A stretch of DNA of 63,904 nt, the filler included. It is 11 parts of 11 records of this genome, joined end to end, with 100 filler letters (N's around TTAATTAATTAA, not from the genome) between each part and the next. Parts side by side here need not be neighbours in the genome. Positions count along the whole stretch, not along the records: positions 21,970 to 29,467 come from SRR9670534_905; positions 29,568 to 36,389 come from SRR9670534_907; positions 36,490 to 39,432 come from SRR9670534_909; 8 more parts are not named here. The stretch is one strand, 5' to 3'. Position 1 is the first letter of the stretch; every line of letters begins with the position of its first letter. This document shows positions 23,916 through 36,661 of the stretch, piece by piece. Under the pieces are notes generated by a model. That model worked only from the letters and a program-made list of their open reading frames with translations, had not been told where the DNA came from and did not search any database. Both the position numbers and the translations under genes were made by a program.

Positions 23916-26900
23916 ATGGCAAATGTTACTCAAGAAAATGTTACTGAACTAGAACTCACAGAGGAGTCATCAACGCTCCTCCTTGGTATGTAAAATACTA
24001 TTCTAATATGAATAATTAATAACATAGCATGACTATATACCATCATATTATCATTCTAATTATAATAAATTGTCACATAACATACAAATGGAAGGTAAGA
24101 AATCCGTACTAAACTGCTACACACAGTTAGTTGATGTTGTTATTATTAGCGATGTTAATTTATTATTAACATATTATTAAAATAAAATAAAATAAAAAAT
24201 TAATACCAGTAATAAAATGACGATACCAACAAATTATCTCAGAGATACTAAACAGTTATCTAGGTACCTATGTTAATAATGCTAACGTTTACCGCTTGTA
24301 CAATAATACGATAAACTATCTTGAATACTTTAATACTTGTATTTTACAAGTAATACTTGAATACTTTAATAATAGTTTTGAAAACTAGTCAATTCGTAGC
24401 GTGAACGATTTATTAAAACCATACAAAAGCAGCACCTTTTGAATAGCAACTTTGTGCAAAGTGATAAAACATTAATAATTGTAAGAATATTGGAATATAT
24501 TTATTAGCATCTTTCATGACATATTTATTAATAAACGAATAACATGTAAAATTATTAAACGAATAAAAAGTACACATGTGTACAATATGGTAAGTTGTTC
24601 AAATAATTTTTCTTTTTGTGGAAATTCCTAGCATTTGTAAGTTTTATATTTTGATATTATTAGTAATAACAATGGTGTATAATGTCAATAAATTCTTATT
24701 AATTGCATTTCATTTTAGAAAGTACTACCACATCAGGTGGTTATGATCCACTCGATCATACCTTGGATATGATCATGATTCCAGTGTCATTTGGAGTGCT
24801 GCTACTACTAATCATTTTTGCAGCTTGCCTGTATTTAACAAGACAAAGTGCCAATAGGAAAGAACAGGAACACGATGTTTTACTGGGCAAGGACATGCCT
24901 CGATCAAAGCCTACGGTTGGAACTGCTGCCCAAAAACATAACCGAGTACATCCCGATCAAAACCAGGTTGAAGTTAATCAAACTCAAATAGAAAGTGGGT
25001 ACACAACACAACAATCACAAAATGTACCGGTACAACTCATGAATGCTAATGCAAATGGTATTATTAGTCCAAGGGCTGGAACAAGAAATACTCATATGAA
25101 CAATGTGGGAGCAGCTCCCCAAGTAGCACCCACAAGGAGCATACCAGAACCTCTGGATGAAAATCAGAATACTGTGCCTAAGACGAAAATAAGCAAAAAG
25201 GGTAGAAAAAGGGGTACTAAAACTATAGGAGGCATGGCCTCAACAATGGTTGCTGCAACCCGATTGGCACCTCTTGAATTTCAGGTACCAGATGATGATG
25301 TTCAACGTATGTATTTTTATTTTATTTTCAAAAAAAGCACGCAAACATAAGAAATATAGACTATAAATCTAATTCATAACAGGAATACAAACCCTGGTAA
25401 GCATAATACCAGTATAGAATAAAAATCAATGAAAATCGTATCTATAATATAATATGCGTAGTACTACAACTAAAGTTCACCATGGATACGTCTTCCTACG
25501 TTGACCAACTTTGTTTGCCACAATTGGTCCTTGAATTTGAGGAATTCTTCCAATGTAAGTTGAAGATTACGATCTTCATCAGCAATAACCATGATATTTC
25601 TGGCTTCATACACAGCATGATGAGGAGCCAATGGATTCATGAATTCTTTCATTTCATCTCTGGTTGCAAACATGTCTTCATCCTTATCGATGTCCCTTTT
25701 GAAAATGACCTTTCTAGAGGCGCTATTACTGGCTAACATGTAAATAATTTCTTGTCTCTTTTCATCTTCAAATTCATCCAGGGGTGACAAGTCTTCTGGA
25801 AACATTCCAAATTCTTCTGCCGTTAGAAGATCATCTTCATCTTTATCCAAGGACGCAAAGGTATCATCAACAAGGCGGTCAATGCCTTCAACGGTAACTT
25901 CAGGATGTACAAACAGGATAAAATCAGCTTTAGACAGTCTGGCGCAAATTTCGTTCTCTTCACGACCATCATTTCTTGGACAAGCCAAATTCCATTTACC
26001 ACGTTGCTGTATAATGGTAGCAGCAAAAATCTGGACTTTCTCTTTCAGTTCATCTTCGTCATCCAAGCTGTTTACAATTTCATCAAACTGAAATATCACC
26101 AATTTTAAATCCATCGCTATTTCTTTTAACCTTTTCTTTAGAATAGAGTCATCAGAAAAGCTGTCTGGAATTTCTCTCTTCATGACATGATCTATGTATT
26201 CTTCCCATGTAATATAATTATCACCATCAGCATTCAACTTTTCAAACTGCACATTTGCATCTACTTCAGATTCGTTTAAGTGGTGGTAAATATTTTTGTG
26301 CACCCATATTGCCATTTCAGTTTCATTAACTTGGCCATCTTGATCCAAATCGGCCAAATAAAAGACCATTTCCAGTGTTTCTTCTACAGATCGCTCAGGA
26401 TCATCATGTTCATATTTTCCCATTAGCAGATCTTTTTTTTCTTCAGGACTTCCATGTCCCATAATATCATCTATGTGTTCCTGAACGTGATCACCCAAGA
26501 AATGTTCTCTTCCCTCGGGAACTGCACCAAATACCACCACAGCAAGCACCAAAACTAATAATACCACATAATACTTCATCCTGAGAACAAGCCAATAAAT
26601 TTGAGACTTCAAAACAGGTCTACATATATACTACCTACTTATTAAGGAGGGTACAGGTCCCATTGTTATAACATAATTTCCTTTTGTTCCCATTGTTGTG
26701 CGGCGCAAAACAGACATCAATGCAATAAAGGTTACAGCAGCGCCATTTTGAATTCTCAACCAATCAAGTTATAACACAAGATTACATTCATTAAGGCTTT
26801 ATACTCATCATAATTAGTTGGCCAACTGCGAACAAAAGTTTTGAAATCTACTGCATATCCTACACATTCTTGCCATGTGGCATATGAATAATTTAAATGT

Positions 26901-27318
26901 AATATTTTCAGCAACAAAGAGAAAAAAGAAGAAGAAAGAAAAAACAGTTAAAAAGCGCAAACATGTTAGCAAACAGGATGATCCAAACATTCCAAGCACA
27001 AGTCCTAAAGACCGCCCAGAAATCTCAGAGGAAAATGAAATGACTCCTGCCTCCAGCTTGAGACGAAATGAAACTCCATCGCCTGAACCAGAACCACCTT
27101 CGTTGCCACCACCTGCAAAATTAGCATCTCCCTTGGCAGTAGATGAGCCAACATATGATTCAAGCTTTGACGACACACAGCAAACACAAGAGCATGAATA
27201 TGACAACCTAAACCTACGTGACGAAGAGCAGCAGGATCAAGAAGATAGTGACCATGACATAGAACAAAATACTCCCCCAGAATCTGACAGCGATGAAGAT
27301 GAAGAACATCGAGTTTAG
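23916..27318 (+). CDS. Unknown single-pass (type III-like) membrane protein with Lys-, Pro- and acid-rich cytoplasmic tail; 3 exons
   Basis: Exons 23916-23985, 24719-25306 and 26912-27318 join in frame through two phase-1 GT-AG introns. Two NVT sequons, TM segment IMIPVSFGVLLLLIIFAACLYL, then KRKKKKKEK and PSPEPEPPSLPPP; ends EEHRV. Confidence 0.75.
25470..26579 (-). CDS. SDF4: 45 kDa calcium-binding protein (Cab45) / CREC-family multi-EF-hand protein, uninterrupted CDS
   Basis: Signal peptide MKYYVVLLVLVLAVVVFG; EF-hands DLDQDGQVNETE, NADGDNYITWEE, DKDEDDLLTAEE, DKDEDMFATRDE, DEDRNLQLTLEE. The C-terminus TKLVNVGRRIHGEL parallels Cab45 SKLVDYARSVHEEF. Confidence 0.85.
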   Translation of the reverse strand: MKYYVVLLVLVLAVVVFGAVPEGREHFLGDHVQEHIDDIMGHGSPEEKKDLLMGKYEHDDPERSVEETLEMVFYLADLDQDGQVNETEMAIWVHKNIYHHLNESEVDANVQFEKLNADGDNYITWEEYIDHVMKREIPDSFSDDSILKKRLKEIAMDLKLVIFQFDEIVNSLDDEDELKEKVQIFAATIIQQRGKWNLACPRNDGREENEICARLSKADFILFVHPEVTVEGIDRLVDDTFASLDKDEDDLLTAEEFGMFPEDLSPLDEFEDEKRQEIIYMLASNSASRKVIFKRDIDKDEDMFATRDEMKEFMNPLAPHHAVYEARNIMVIADEDRNLQLTLEEFLKFKDQLWQTKLVNVGRRIHGEL

Positions 27319-27912
27319 CAATAATTATTAAGCAGGTAGTTTTAAATGCTGTAATTTTTTTGTAATATACTCAAAAAAAGCTTTTGTAATTTAATTTTTA
27401 TTAAGATGTAATACATCACGTGTATTTTTCAAAAGTCACTGCTATGGAAAGGTGCACAGAATTGTCCTTGTCTTCGTTTTTGTTTATATGTCATACATCG
27501 AGTATTTTTTAAAATTTTTACAAACATTTATGTATTTTGTCTGTAAAAAGTCTACGGTAGGCTGTCTACCTTCAATAAACCACAAGCAAACTTTTCTCTT
27601 ATACACCACTGATTTAATCAGAATGTCAATTATGTAAAATACACCAATTATCAACAGTAAACCTTAAGTTTTAACAAAAGGTGTACCTATATGATCAAAT
27701 TTACCTTATTAAAAGCGGTTAGGTAAGTTACTTATTAAGAGTTATCAATGCTCATTAACAGCAATTGTGCAATTTACAAATGGCCAATCCCAACGGAAAT
27801 AAAATCGCTAATAGTTCATAACTGAAAACAGTAAAAGAAAACTTGCCTAATAAATAAGCATGAACTCACTGAGAACATCAAGAAAAATATTGATAAGAAC
27901 AACGATTGTAAC

Positions 27913-29162
27913 CTAAAATACTCCTCTGTTGTCCAAACCTTTAACCTTATAAATTCTAAGCATCCAGTGTTCAGTAGTAAAAGCCTCTTCCAAAACCCTG
28001 AATTCAAAATCCTTATTGCCTATTTCAGCCTGTCGAACTCGATCATATCCGGGTGGTTTTCCTAGAAAAGTAATAATACTTAAAATTAACATAAAAATTT
28101 TAAAATCAAAAGATTGTACCTTGTTCAGTATAAACTTCTCCAAATCGATAATAACACATCTTGTACATCATACAGTTTAGCAAAGTTTCTGAACCTTCAC
28201 GATCAACCTTAAATTCTCCATGTGCTGAAATAATTAGATATTTTGTGTAAGTATTAATTAAAATAACATGGTAAGTATGTTTATTAATAATAACGTATTT
28301 CCCTTTAAACTAAATCTTGATAATAAAATATCTTCTTGAACAAAAAGTATACTTTATTATTAATTATCATTGCCAATTAAGCAGTATCGGATGATCATGT
28401 CATGTTATCACTTACGCGTATAATAATCAGGTTCTTTAATATGTTCTCCACTTTCAGTACTTCCACCAATTCTAACCATCCACAAAAATTTATTGATATC
28501 TAAAAATCATGCAAAATGACAATATTACACAGTATCATTTCATAAATGATATTTATATTGTTCGTAGGGTTATATATTAAAGATTGTATACCATCAGAGC
28601 TATAACCCACCAAACCACCAAAAACAACCAATACATAGTCAACGTCAAGCTCTTGCATTATTTCATAAGACTTTTCCTCCGGTGAGCTCATGGCTTGACC
28701 AACTCTTGAAATGTGAGTATTATTCCATGTATTATTATCCACCAAAATAGTCCGATTTGCCATAGCAGTTATCTGATACCCATAATCCCACCATGACATT
28801 ACTTTGGCATCAGGTGGTGTATTTTGCCGCAGCCAAAAATATGCTTCACGATAATCGTCGAAAATTATTTGACCACCATGCCCGCCTCTGGCCGATAAAA
28901 CAATACTTGGACTAGAATAAGCTTCTGATGTCACCCAGGTACAATGCATGGCATATTGTACTAAGAACACCGCTATAATTGTAATAACTGCAAGAGATAT
29001 TTCATTGACATAAGGGAAATTGTCAAGCGATTTCTTTTTCTTGTCGGCTTTTGAATAGGTTTCGATGTTCTTCATAAAGCTCCTTAAAACAAAACTGATG
29101 CCAATACCGCTTAAAATGCACATTGCAGGAGCCAAAACTAACATCAAACGAACCATAACTCC
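27913..29162 (-). CDS. STT3A: Oligosaccharyltransferase catalytic subunit STT3A, 3' part
   Basis: Exons 29162-28592, 28499-28416, 28224-28120, 28061-27913. Motifs [16 protein letters not shown] and [15 protein letters not shown]3A-type [10 protein letters not shown] and KVKGLDNRG end. Confidence 0.95.
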
Positions 29163-29339
29163 CTAAAAATTAAAAACATATAAGCATGAGCCAGTCAAAC
29201 ATTGCAATGAATGCTGCAATATTTACCCTTTTGTGATACAAATGCGTATCTAGGTATTTAAAATACTTACATACTAGGTTAGCTAGGGCCGTCACAACGC
29301 TGCTGCGTATTAATAAACGATACTTGTAAGTATGAAGGC

Positions 29340-29407
29340 TTTCTACTACATGTACAGACTGTACAGTACAGTACTTTCTCAGTATACGTCTGTACATGTA
29401 GTAGAAA
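29340..29407. repeat. Perfect 20-bp inverted repeat (MITE-like hairpin) in STT3A intron
   Basis: TTTCTACTACATGTACAGAC (29340-29359) pairs with GTCTGTACATGTAGTAGAAA (29388-29407). Confidence 0.7.
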
Positions 29408-29467
29408 TTCTACTACATCATGTAGTCTACATGTATATGTTAGAGGCCGTTTGTAAAATGCCTCATT

Positions 29468-29567
29468 NNNNNNNNNNNNNNNNNNNNNNNNNNNNNNNNN
29501 NNNNNNNNNNNTTAATTAATTAANNNNNNNNNNNNNNNNNNNNNNNNNNNNNNNNNNNNNNNNNNNN
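29468..29567. other. Artificial contig spacer
   Basis: 44N-TTAATTAATTAA-44N. Confidence 0.98.
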
Positions 29568-30260
29568 AGTTATTATTATTATTAATAATAATAATGAAGA
29601 CTTTTATTTAAAGTGTGTAACCTTTTGTGCTTTTTTCCATTGCAAAATTTCTTTTATTTTTAAAAATATGGAATTTCAGTAAGAAGTTGTTAGGATAGAT
29701 GTTGCCTACTTAATTACTGTCTGTACTACTTGTAACCTAATGGTACTTTCTCAAAGTGATGGTTGCAATAATTTGCTATCTTCTTGTGTTCTGTACAGAT
29801 TTTTATTTCAACATTTTAGTGAATCCAAATTTATCCTGTCTACATCTGTTTGCTTATCATGATGAAAAAGAGTGGCAAAAAGTTTTTTTATTTACTTAAT
29901 AGTAATTGCTTATTTGTTTATTCGGTTATTTGAAACATCCTGCTAATACAATGTTTAGTTATTTTAGAATGCTGTTACAGTAATGTTTTGCTATTTAATA
30001 TTTATAAATTATGGTAATCTGTTATAGTGGTTACCACTAACAAAACTTACAATTAGTATAGGTTTTATAACATTACACTGTTATATCACTAGTTAATAAG
30101 TGTTCTGGTAGGAAATAAGAGTTTCAGGACCTCATCCAATGATGAGTAAGTGGTTAAATAGGCAGCACCAGAAAGAGCTAAATTTACTCTGGATCAATGC
30201 ACAATCGATTATATAATGCAATAAATAATCCTACATGATCAGGAAATTAGATAGAGTCTT

Positions 30261-30303
30261 TATCGATATCTATAAAGGGAAAAATAAACATGGCGAAGAT
30301 GGC
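30261..30303 (+). promoter_or_regulatory. Candidate core promoter: DRE (TATCGATA) + TATAAA + two YY1-like motifs
   Basis: TATCGATA 30261-30268, TATAAA 30271-30276, AAACATGGCG 30286-30295, AAGATGGC 30296-30303. Confidence 0.35.
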
Positions 30304-32922
30304 TGTGTCACTGTGACACTGTCACATGTAGTATATAGTGTATGATTATCATTCAACAGGTTCTGCATTGGTAAAATATGGAACCACTATGTATAGCTGC
30401 CAGTTGGTCATTGACCAATGGTCAATGGTCATTCGTATTTTTTGCAAAGTTCAAAATAGATTGAAAACTGAAGTGATGACTTATAAATTCGTCATTTTTG
30501 ATGAAGATACAATGTACTTGAATTCAATTATGCAAATTACAAGGTTATTTTTTCAATTTGCATCATTGAAACTTTCCACTCGAGCAAACTGTCAATTTTT
30601 TTTATTCTAAAACTATACATTATCTGCAAATTATGATGAAAAATACATACAGACTGATTATTTCTTTAATGCAAAATCTGGCTAAAAGCAAATTATCATA
30701 AATTTACTTTATATAGTATAGAAATTTTATAAAATGTCACATACTACTTTTAAGATTACAATGATATATCATGGCATATCAACTTTATTAATTAGATGTA
30801 AAAGGCCTAATAGAAATTAGACTTTAATTTTTAGCAGTCTATCTTGGCCTAAGCTTTGGGAGATTATTCTTAAAAGTCAATCTTCAAGAGTAGCAAATTC
30901 CCCTAACAATGATAAGTTAACACTAACTATTACTACTAAATAAATCTTTCTAATCATTAATAATCAAGTAAATAAACTGTACAGTTATCATAAATCAAAG
31001 TTGTACTTAATTGCCTATAAATTAAAGGATATAATTATTGACAATTAATTTGATAACATATTTCTATTATTAGAAATGAAGTAGATAACCATTTTTGTTT
31101 TGATTTCTGCATGTATTTTCATTATAGCTTATCTGTTTTTTTAACTGAAGTATGTTATCAAACATTATAATGTAGTAGCAACAAACTATAGTAGCAACAA
31201 ACGTAAGCATTTTCATTTATTACCCGGTATACACATTTTCTAAGAGCATATGCTCACTAGTAGTAGTTATCATGCACAGTATTTGTTTTGATAATATTTG
31301 TGGTCATCCATTATGGTAAATAGATTGGCAAAAATGATACCACTTTGAAAACATATACCACAGATACCACCAAAATGAAATGGAATTTTAATAAGGGTTA
31401 ATGATAGGACTCCTAACTTACATAACTTGACTCACATGAAATAAATGTTGCCAAAAATGAAAAATGCTTTTTTTACAAATAACATAAATTTATGGCATAT
31501 TATTATAAAAGGATAATGTTAGTAATCACATGAAATGTCACATGAAAGGTTATATAATAATGGTTATAAAAAACAGAAATGCTATTACAAATACTATTTC
31601 AAATAATATGTTCTAATAAAAAGTATATTCAAATAATATAATCAAATGATATGTTCTTAAAAATAACAAATTTATGGCTTAAATTGGTATTTAGTAAGAG
31701 AAGTACTTCCAAAGTAATATCAGTCATTGGAAGTAGTAATGCCTTATTAATAATGAGGAAGTCAAAAGCGGTATCAGTATTATCTATAGTGTACTTTTTA
31801 CAGCAAAGTTTTCTATGGTATACTATAGTAGTACCAAAGAGGCTCAGTCACAGAATCTGTACTATAGCCTTTTGTTATTATTATTAATTAACAGGCTGCC
31901 TTACTTACTCCCAAGTAGTGCTCTTCTTATGAAGGCACAGCTAGATACAACATTACGCAAGACGTTTGAACTGTGTTTCTATGAAAATATAACAACATAA
32001 GGAAGGAATTATGTTAAAATTCACAAATAGAATTGACAATCAAGAACAATGAAATGCCATGAGCCATATAAATTCACAATACATGTTAAAACTTATTAAT
32101 TGTCGTGCAGTTGCAACAAACTTGCTACAAACACTGTTTACATTTGTCATTCTGATATGTGCCACTAGCAACTTTAATGAATTAGCAGAGACGTCGAAGG
32201 GAAACAAGCATTATATACATGAAATAGCCAATATATTAATAAACATGTAACAATATATTAATAAACTATGTAACATAATATGTGACACATATGTAAAAAA
32301 TATACGTATATTATCATGTGTACGTGTATTATCACATGGCATATAATACATACTGTACATCGTATATACATGGTATATGTATACCATATGCTATATATAC
32401 AATAAATTGCGATTCTGATATTCAGGAGTTACTGATATAATATATTGCGACTCTGATATTCAGGAGTCTTATCGCATATCTCAATATTAGATTCAATTAA
32501 TGTATTAGCAAATAACGAGTTATTAATAGAAACAACTGTGAAATGTTACATATAATATTATGTAGCCCTCATATCTCTACTTTAGATTCCATTAATTAAT
32601 AATAATGTAGAGACGAAAGAGAAACAATTGTTATATGTAAGAGAAAACCCAATATGTTGAACAAATAATATTTGTCACTGACAAATTGTCAGAGCTATAG
32701 CTCTATATATATGTACGCATGTATATTATATATTCTACATTATATAATTATATATATTATATAGTATGTGTAATCATAATGATTATGAATATTATACAAT
32801 TGTGCTACATATTATAGATTGTATAATGGTATAAAAGTATTATATATATGATATATACAAATGCAAAATAATTAAAAGTTATCAAATGAAAGTTGAATAA
32901 CAAACTTTAACAAAGTCCATTA

Positions 32923-35792
32923 TTAATCAAGAAAGACCCATTTGGATCTATCAACTCCAAAACCATCCTTCTTACCACTCTCAAACACATATTTTCTACT
33001 ATCCAATCTAAGATAAGGCAATGTGTTCTTAAAGTCCTTGCCAAATAAGTCAGAAGTAGTGTGTATAACTTTATTCTGCATGTTTGGACTTTCATTGTGT
33101 TGATCTAAAATTTGTCTGAGCTTATTCATTTCGCCTGTGAAAGCATCATCATTTATGATTCTATTAGCTGAAAGAGTAAGTTCTTTGCAGGGGACTTTTA
33201 TTTTCAAAGACAGTTCATTTTCATCTGGAGTAGCACTTGCATCTGTGATAAATTTTCCCAGATGTCTGCATAAATCTGAACCATTGAGGTTTGCCAAATG
33301 AAGTTTTAATGTTAGTAAAGTTGACATAAATCTATTATCATCAAGCAATGCATTAACTGATTGAACAGTAATTGCACAGTTAATAACTTCAAGTTGCTTT
33401 AAAGTTGTGGAAATAGAGCCATCTCTATCTTCATATGATAAAAGCTGCTTAAATGCCATGTCTGTAAGTTTTGTATGAGATATTGCTAATTCTTCACAGT
33501 TTTTTAGGTATGATATTGCCTGACATAATAAAAACATATCTCTCTGACTCATGTTAACATGGTCTAATCTTAAAACCTTCAAATTTTTAACTAACAGATT
33601 GCCATGTTCTCGTAGCTGCTGAGACTCGTTTATATTCTGACATGCATTTGCAAAAGCTTTTCTACCTGTTTTACCAATTACAATATTGCTAAATGACAAT
33701 CTTCTGAGTTTTTTCATTTTGCTAGCAGACATTATCACTGTCTGCATGCTGACATCAGAACCACTGAAATCTGAGCTAAATGTAATATTATCTAAGACTA
33801 CATCCTCCACAGTATGTGTATACTGCAAGTTTGTAATAATTCTATTCAAAAGAATAGAGTCAATGGCTGTTTTGTGAACATTTTTCAGTTTCAAAGCTTT
33901 TAGCTGTTTAACTTCGCCAAGATGTTCACAAAAGTGCATGAAAGCAATTCGTTCTCCAAAATCTATTCCTTCACCAAATATTAACTCAGGACATTTCAGT
34001 TCAGCATACAATGCACTGTTTGAACGTTCATACTTTGCTAAAGTGGAAAGGCCACTGCATGTGAATATTGACATCAATGACCTTGACCTTAATACTAACA
34101 GCTGATCCTCTGCTGAAGCAGCCTTAAAAAGCTTTAACAGTGTGCTAAAGATGTCATTAGTTATCCTTGAGAACTGTGCTTTTAGAAGTATGTGCAAAAT
34201 TTTCGTATTGTAATTCCAACTTCTAAAATCTGCCAAAGCCAGACTATTCAAGAAGTGTATAAAAGGGTTATCTTGGCCTTCACTAGTACTCATTTTTCGA
34301 GCTCTTGACATGATTGGAGATACACGTGGAGTTTGTATGGGCAAAAATTCTTTATCTTTAGAATGTGTATCAGCTAAGTAGGAGTATGTCATATACCAAG
34401 ATGCTGAATATTGAGTTATCGTTTCTGCTTGTAGTTGAGTGCACTTAGTTGGTGCTAAGAGTGCCCTGAATGTATCTTTCTCAGTTCCTTCTGATCCATT
34501 TTCAGAACTAGGATAATCCATTCTACTACCAGTGACAATTTCATAACTGTACTCTGCAAATTGAAGAAAGTTGTCAAATAATAGTTTATTATCTTTGCAA
34601 TTGCAGAATAACTTCATTAGACATTCTGCATAAAATGGTACATGCATAAAGTTGAGAAGATAATGATTTTCCAAAAAAGTTGAAACAAACTCAATGTCAG
34701 CTTCAGCTTCTTCTACCCTTTTATTAATAACATGATAAATGGTATCTTCTGTATAACCAAGGTTTTCAATAAATCTATCCATTAATTCATGCACAACCTT
34801 GAATGTTCGAGAAACAAATATTCTCATAGATCTGCTGGATACAATACAATGAACAGTTTGTTTAATTATGTTTGATAAAAGTATGTCGTTTTGCTTCCAG
34901 TTATGTATACCATTTATGATCCATATCATATTCTTTGCATCAAGTTTATCAAACAAATCAGTAAATTTTTTTACATTTTCAGAATCAACTGGTTCATTTT
35001 CCATCTGAATACACTTTTTAAAGATGTGCTTCATAAGAGCTGTATCTGGTGTTCTTCTAAGAACATCCTGATGAAGCTCTGACAATTCAACAAAAATGAC
35101 AAACTTTTCTATGTTATTATCTTTGTAATACTTTTGCCAAAGTTGGCCCTGTGTTGCCAATAAAGCTGTTTTGCCAACATTTGTCTCACCTGCTAGCAAG
35201 GATTTCCCAACAGAAAGCTTTTCTCTCAACTCATTTTCAGAAATTTTTTTGTTCAGAGGAACCATTTCTGGAATATTATATGCCAAGCAAAGATCCACAG
35301 GGAAATCACATCGTAGTTCTTTATCCAAGATTAGCTTATTGATTTTCTCAATGCATCTTTCTTGCAGCTTGATTTTTAGTGATGCAGTTTCTATTTCATC
35401 GGCAACAAATGTAACTTCATCACCATCAACATCACCACTGGTATAGGTTGTCATCTTTCTCCATATCAACTCAAATTCTCTTGACAGCTGAGGATTAGTT
35501 AATTCTTTTGTTTTCAAATATTGCCTTACCTCCCCTAATGCTTTCTTGAAGTTAACAATATGTTCTTCTTTAGACCCAAGGTAGATGGCATCATCTGCCC
35601 ATCCAGGAGTTTTTGCTGGATAAGATGGCTTATTAACTAAACCATGTCTGTCAAAATGCAATATCATTATATGTCTGTGTTCCTGTGGTACTCTATCAAA
35701 GAACGCCTTTAGATCATTTGTTATATCTGCAGGTACACTTGAAGTTTCCATCATTTTAACCTTTTCCCATGGGCCAGAACAAATGTATTTCT
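32923..35792 (-). CDS. NACHT-LRR (NLR-like) protein in one 2.87-kb exon; possible ATG at 35754
   Basis: Walker A LLAGETNVGKT, then FVIFVEL, Walker B position IWIINGIHNW, CIVSSR, IENLGY and HVPFY, in NACHT motif order. RI-type LRRs follow (LRRLSFSN, LKVLRLDHVNM, CEELAISHTKL, LKQLEVINCAI, ELTLSANRI). Splice acceptor at 35793-35794. Confidence 0.85.
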
Positions 35793-36389
35793 CTAATAAA
35801 AAAAAACTATATTTAATTACCAAGTTTTTAAAATATCTTAGTGTGAATGATAAGTGCACAAATTTTTATGTGATAAAACCTTCTCATGTATACTTTTTAA
35901 TTATAATACAAAGTATAAAGTACATAAATATGCTATGATATTATGTAACATTATATTACTAAATTAGTAATACTAATATACACTCAGATATTAATATCAC
36001 TATATTGACATTAGTATCCGAGTATAATCATTAGTAATAATATATTATAGTAATAGTTTCAAAGTATATATTTCAATAATATGTAGTTTTAGTTCTGGCT
36101 TCATTACTTACTTAATAAGTATTACTTATTGATGTAACTCATTAATTTAAAATATCTTTATGCTACACATGATACTGTCACAGTTACTGCGACACAATAT
36201 TGTATAACACAATAGTATTATCTACCGTAGATTACATTTACAGTAGTATGATAATACCATAAATGTAATCTACAGTAGATAAGTTTTGCAGTATTAATAA
36301 TACTGTATTATCATAATAATACTATCATGTGTTATATAGTAGTATTATAATAGTACTGTAAATTACACTGCGTAACAAATTTCACTTTA

Positions 36390-36489
36390 NNNNNNNNNNN
36401 NNNNNNNNNNNNNNNNNNNNNNNNNNNNNNNNNTTAATTAATTAANNNNNNNNNNNNNNNNNNNNNNNNNNNNNNNNNNNNNNNNNNNN
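36390..36489. other. Artificial contig spacer
   Basis: 44N-TTAATTAATTAA-44N. Confidence 0.98.
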
Positions 36490-36661
36490 AGTCCAGTTAT
36501 AATAAATCTGCTTATAACAAATCCTTACTTATAACATAGCTCAATAATGTAATCTTATTAATATAAATATATATGTTCTTTCCCACTTATAACAAATGTT
36601 TACTTATAATGAATTTTGATCAAGCAATTTTTTGATTCATTATAATGAAACTTTACTTTAT
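36490..36661. mobile_element. Degenerate pogo/Tigger-type MITE fragment
   Basis: Repeated CTTATAACAAAT units and a terminus TTCATTATAATGAAACTTTACTTTATA resembling pogo/Tigger TIR ends (..TTCGTTATAACGAGGTTTTACTGTA). Located at a contig edge. Confidence 0.5.

Noticed and set aside
26814..27206. Minus-strand ORFs over the last exon of the membrane-protein gene
   Set aside because: Antisense shadows of a low-complexity coding exon.
32405..32470. Two ~24-bp direct repeats (TTGCGAYTCTGATATTCAGGAGT) with a short spacer
   Set aside because: Only two copies, in a eukaryotic context with no cas genes. A local duplication, not CRISPR.
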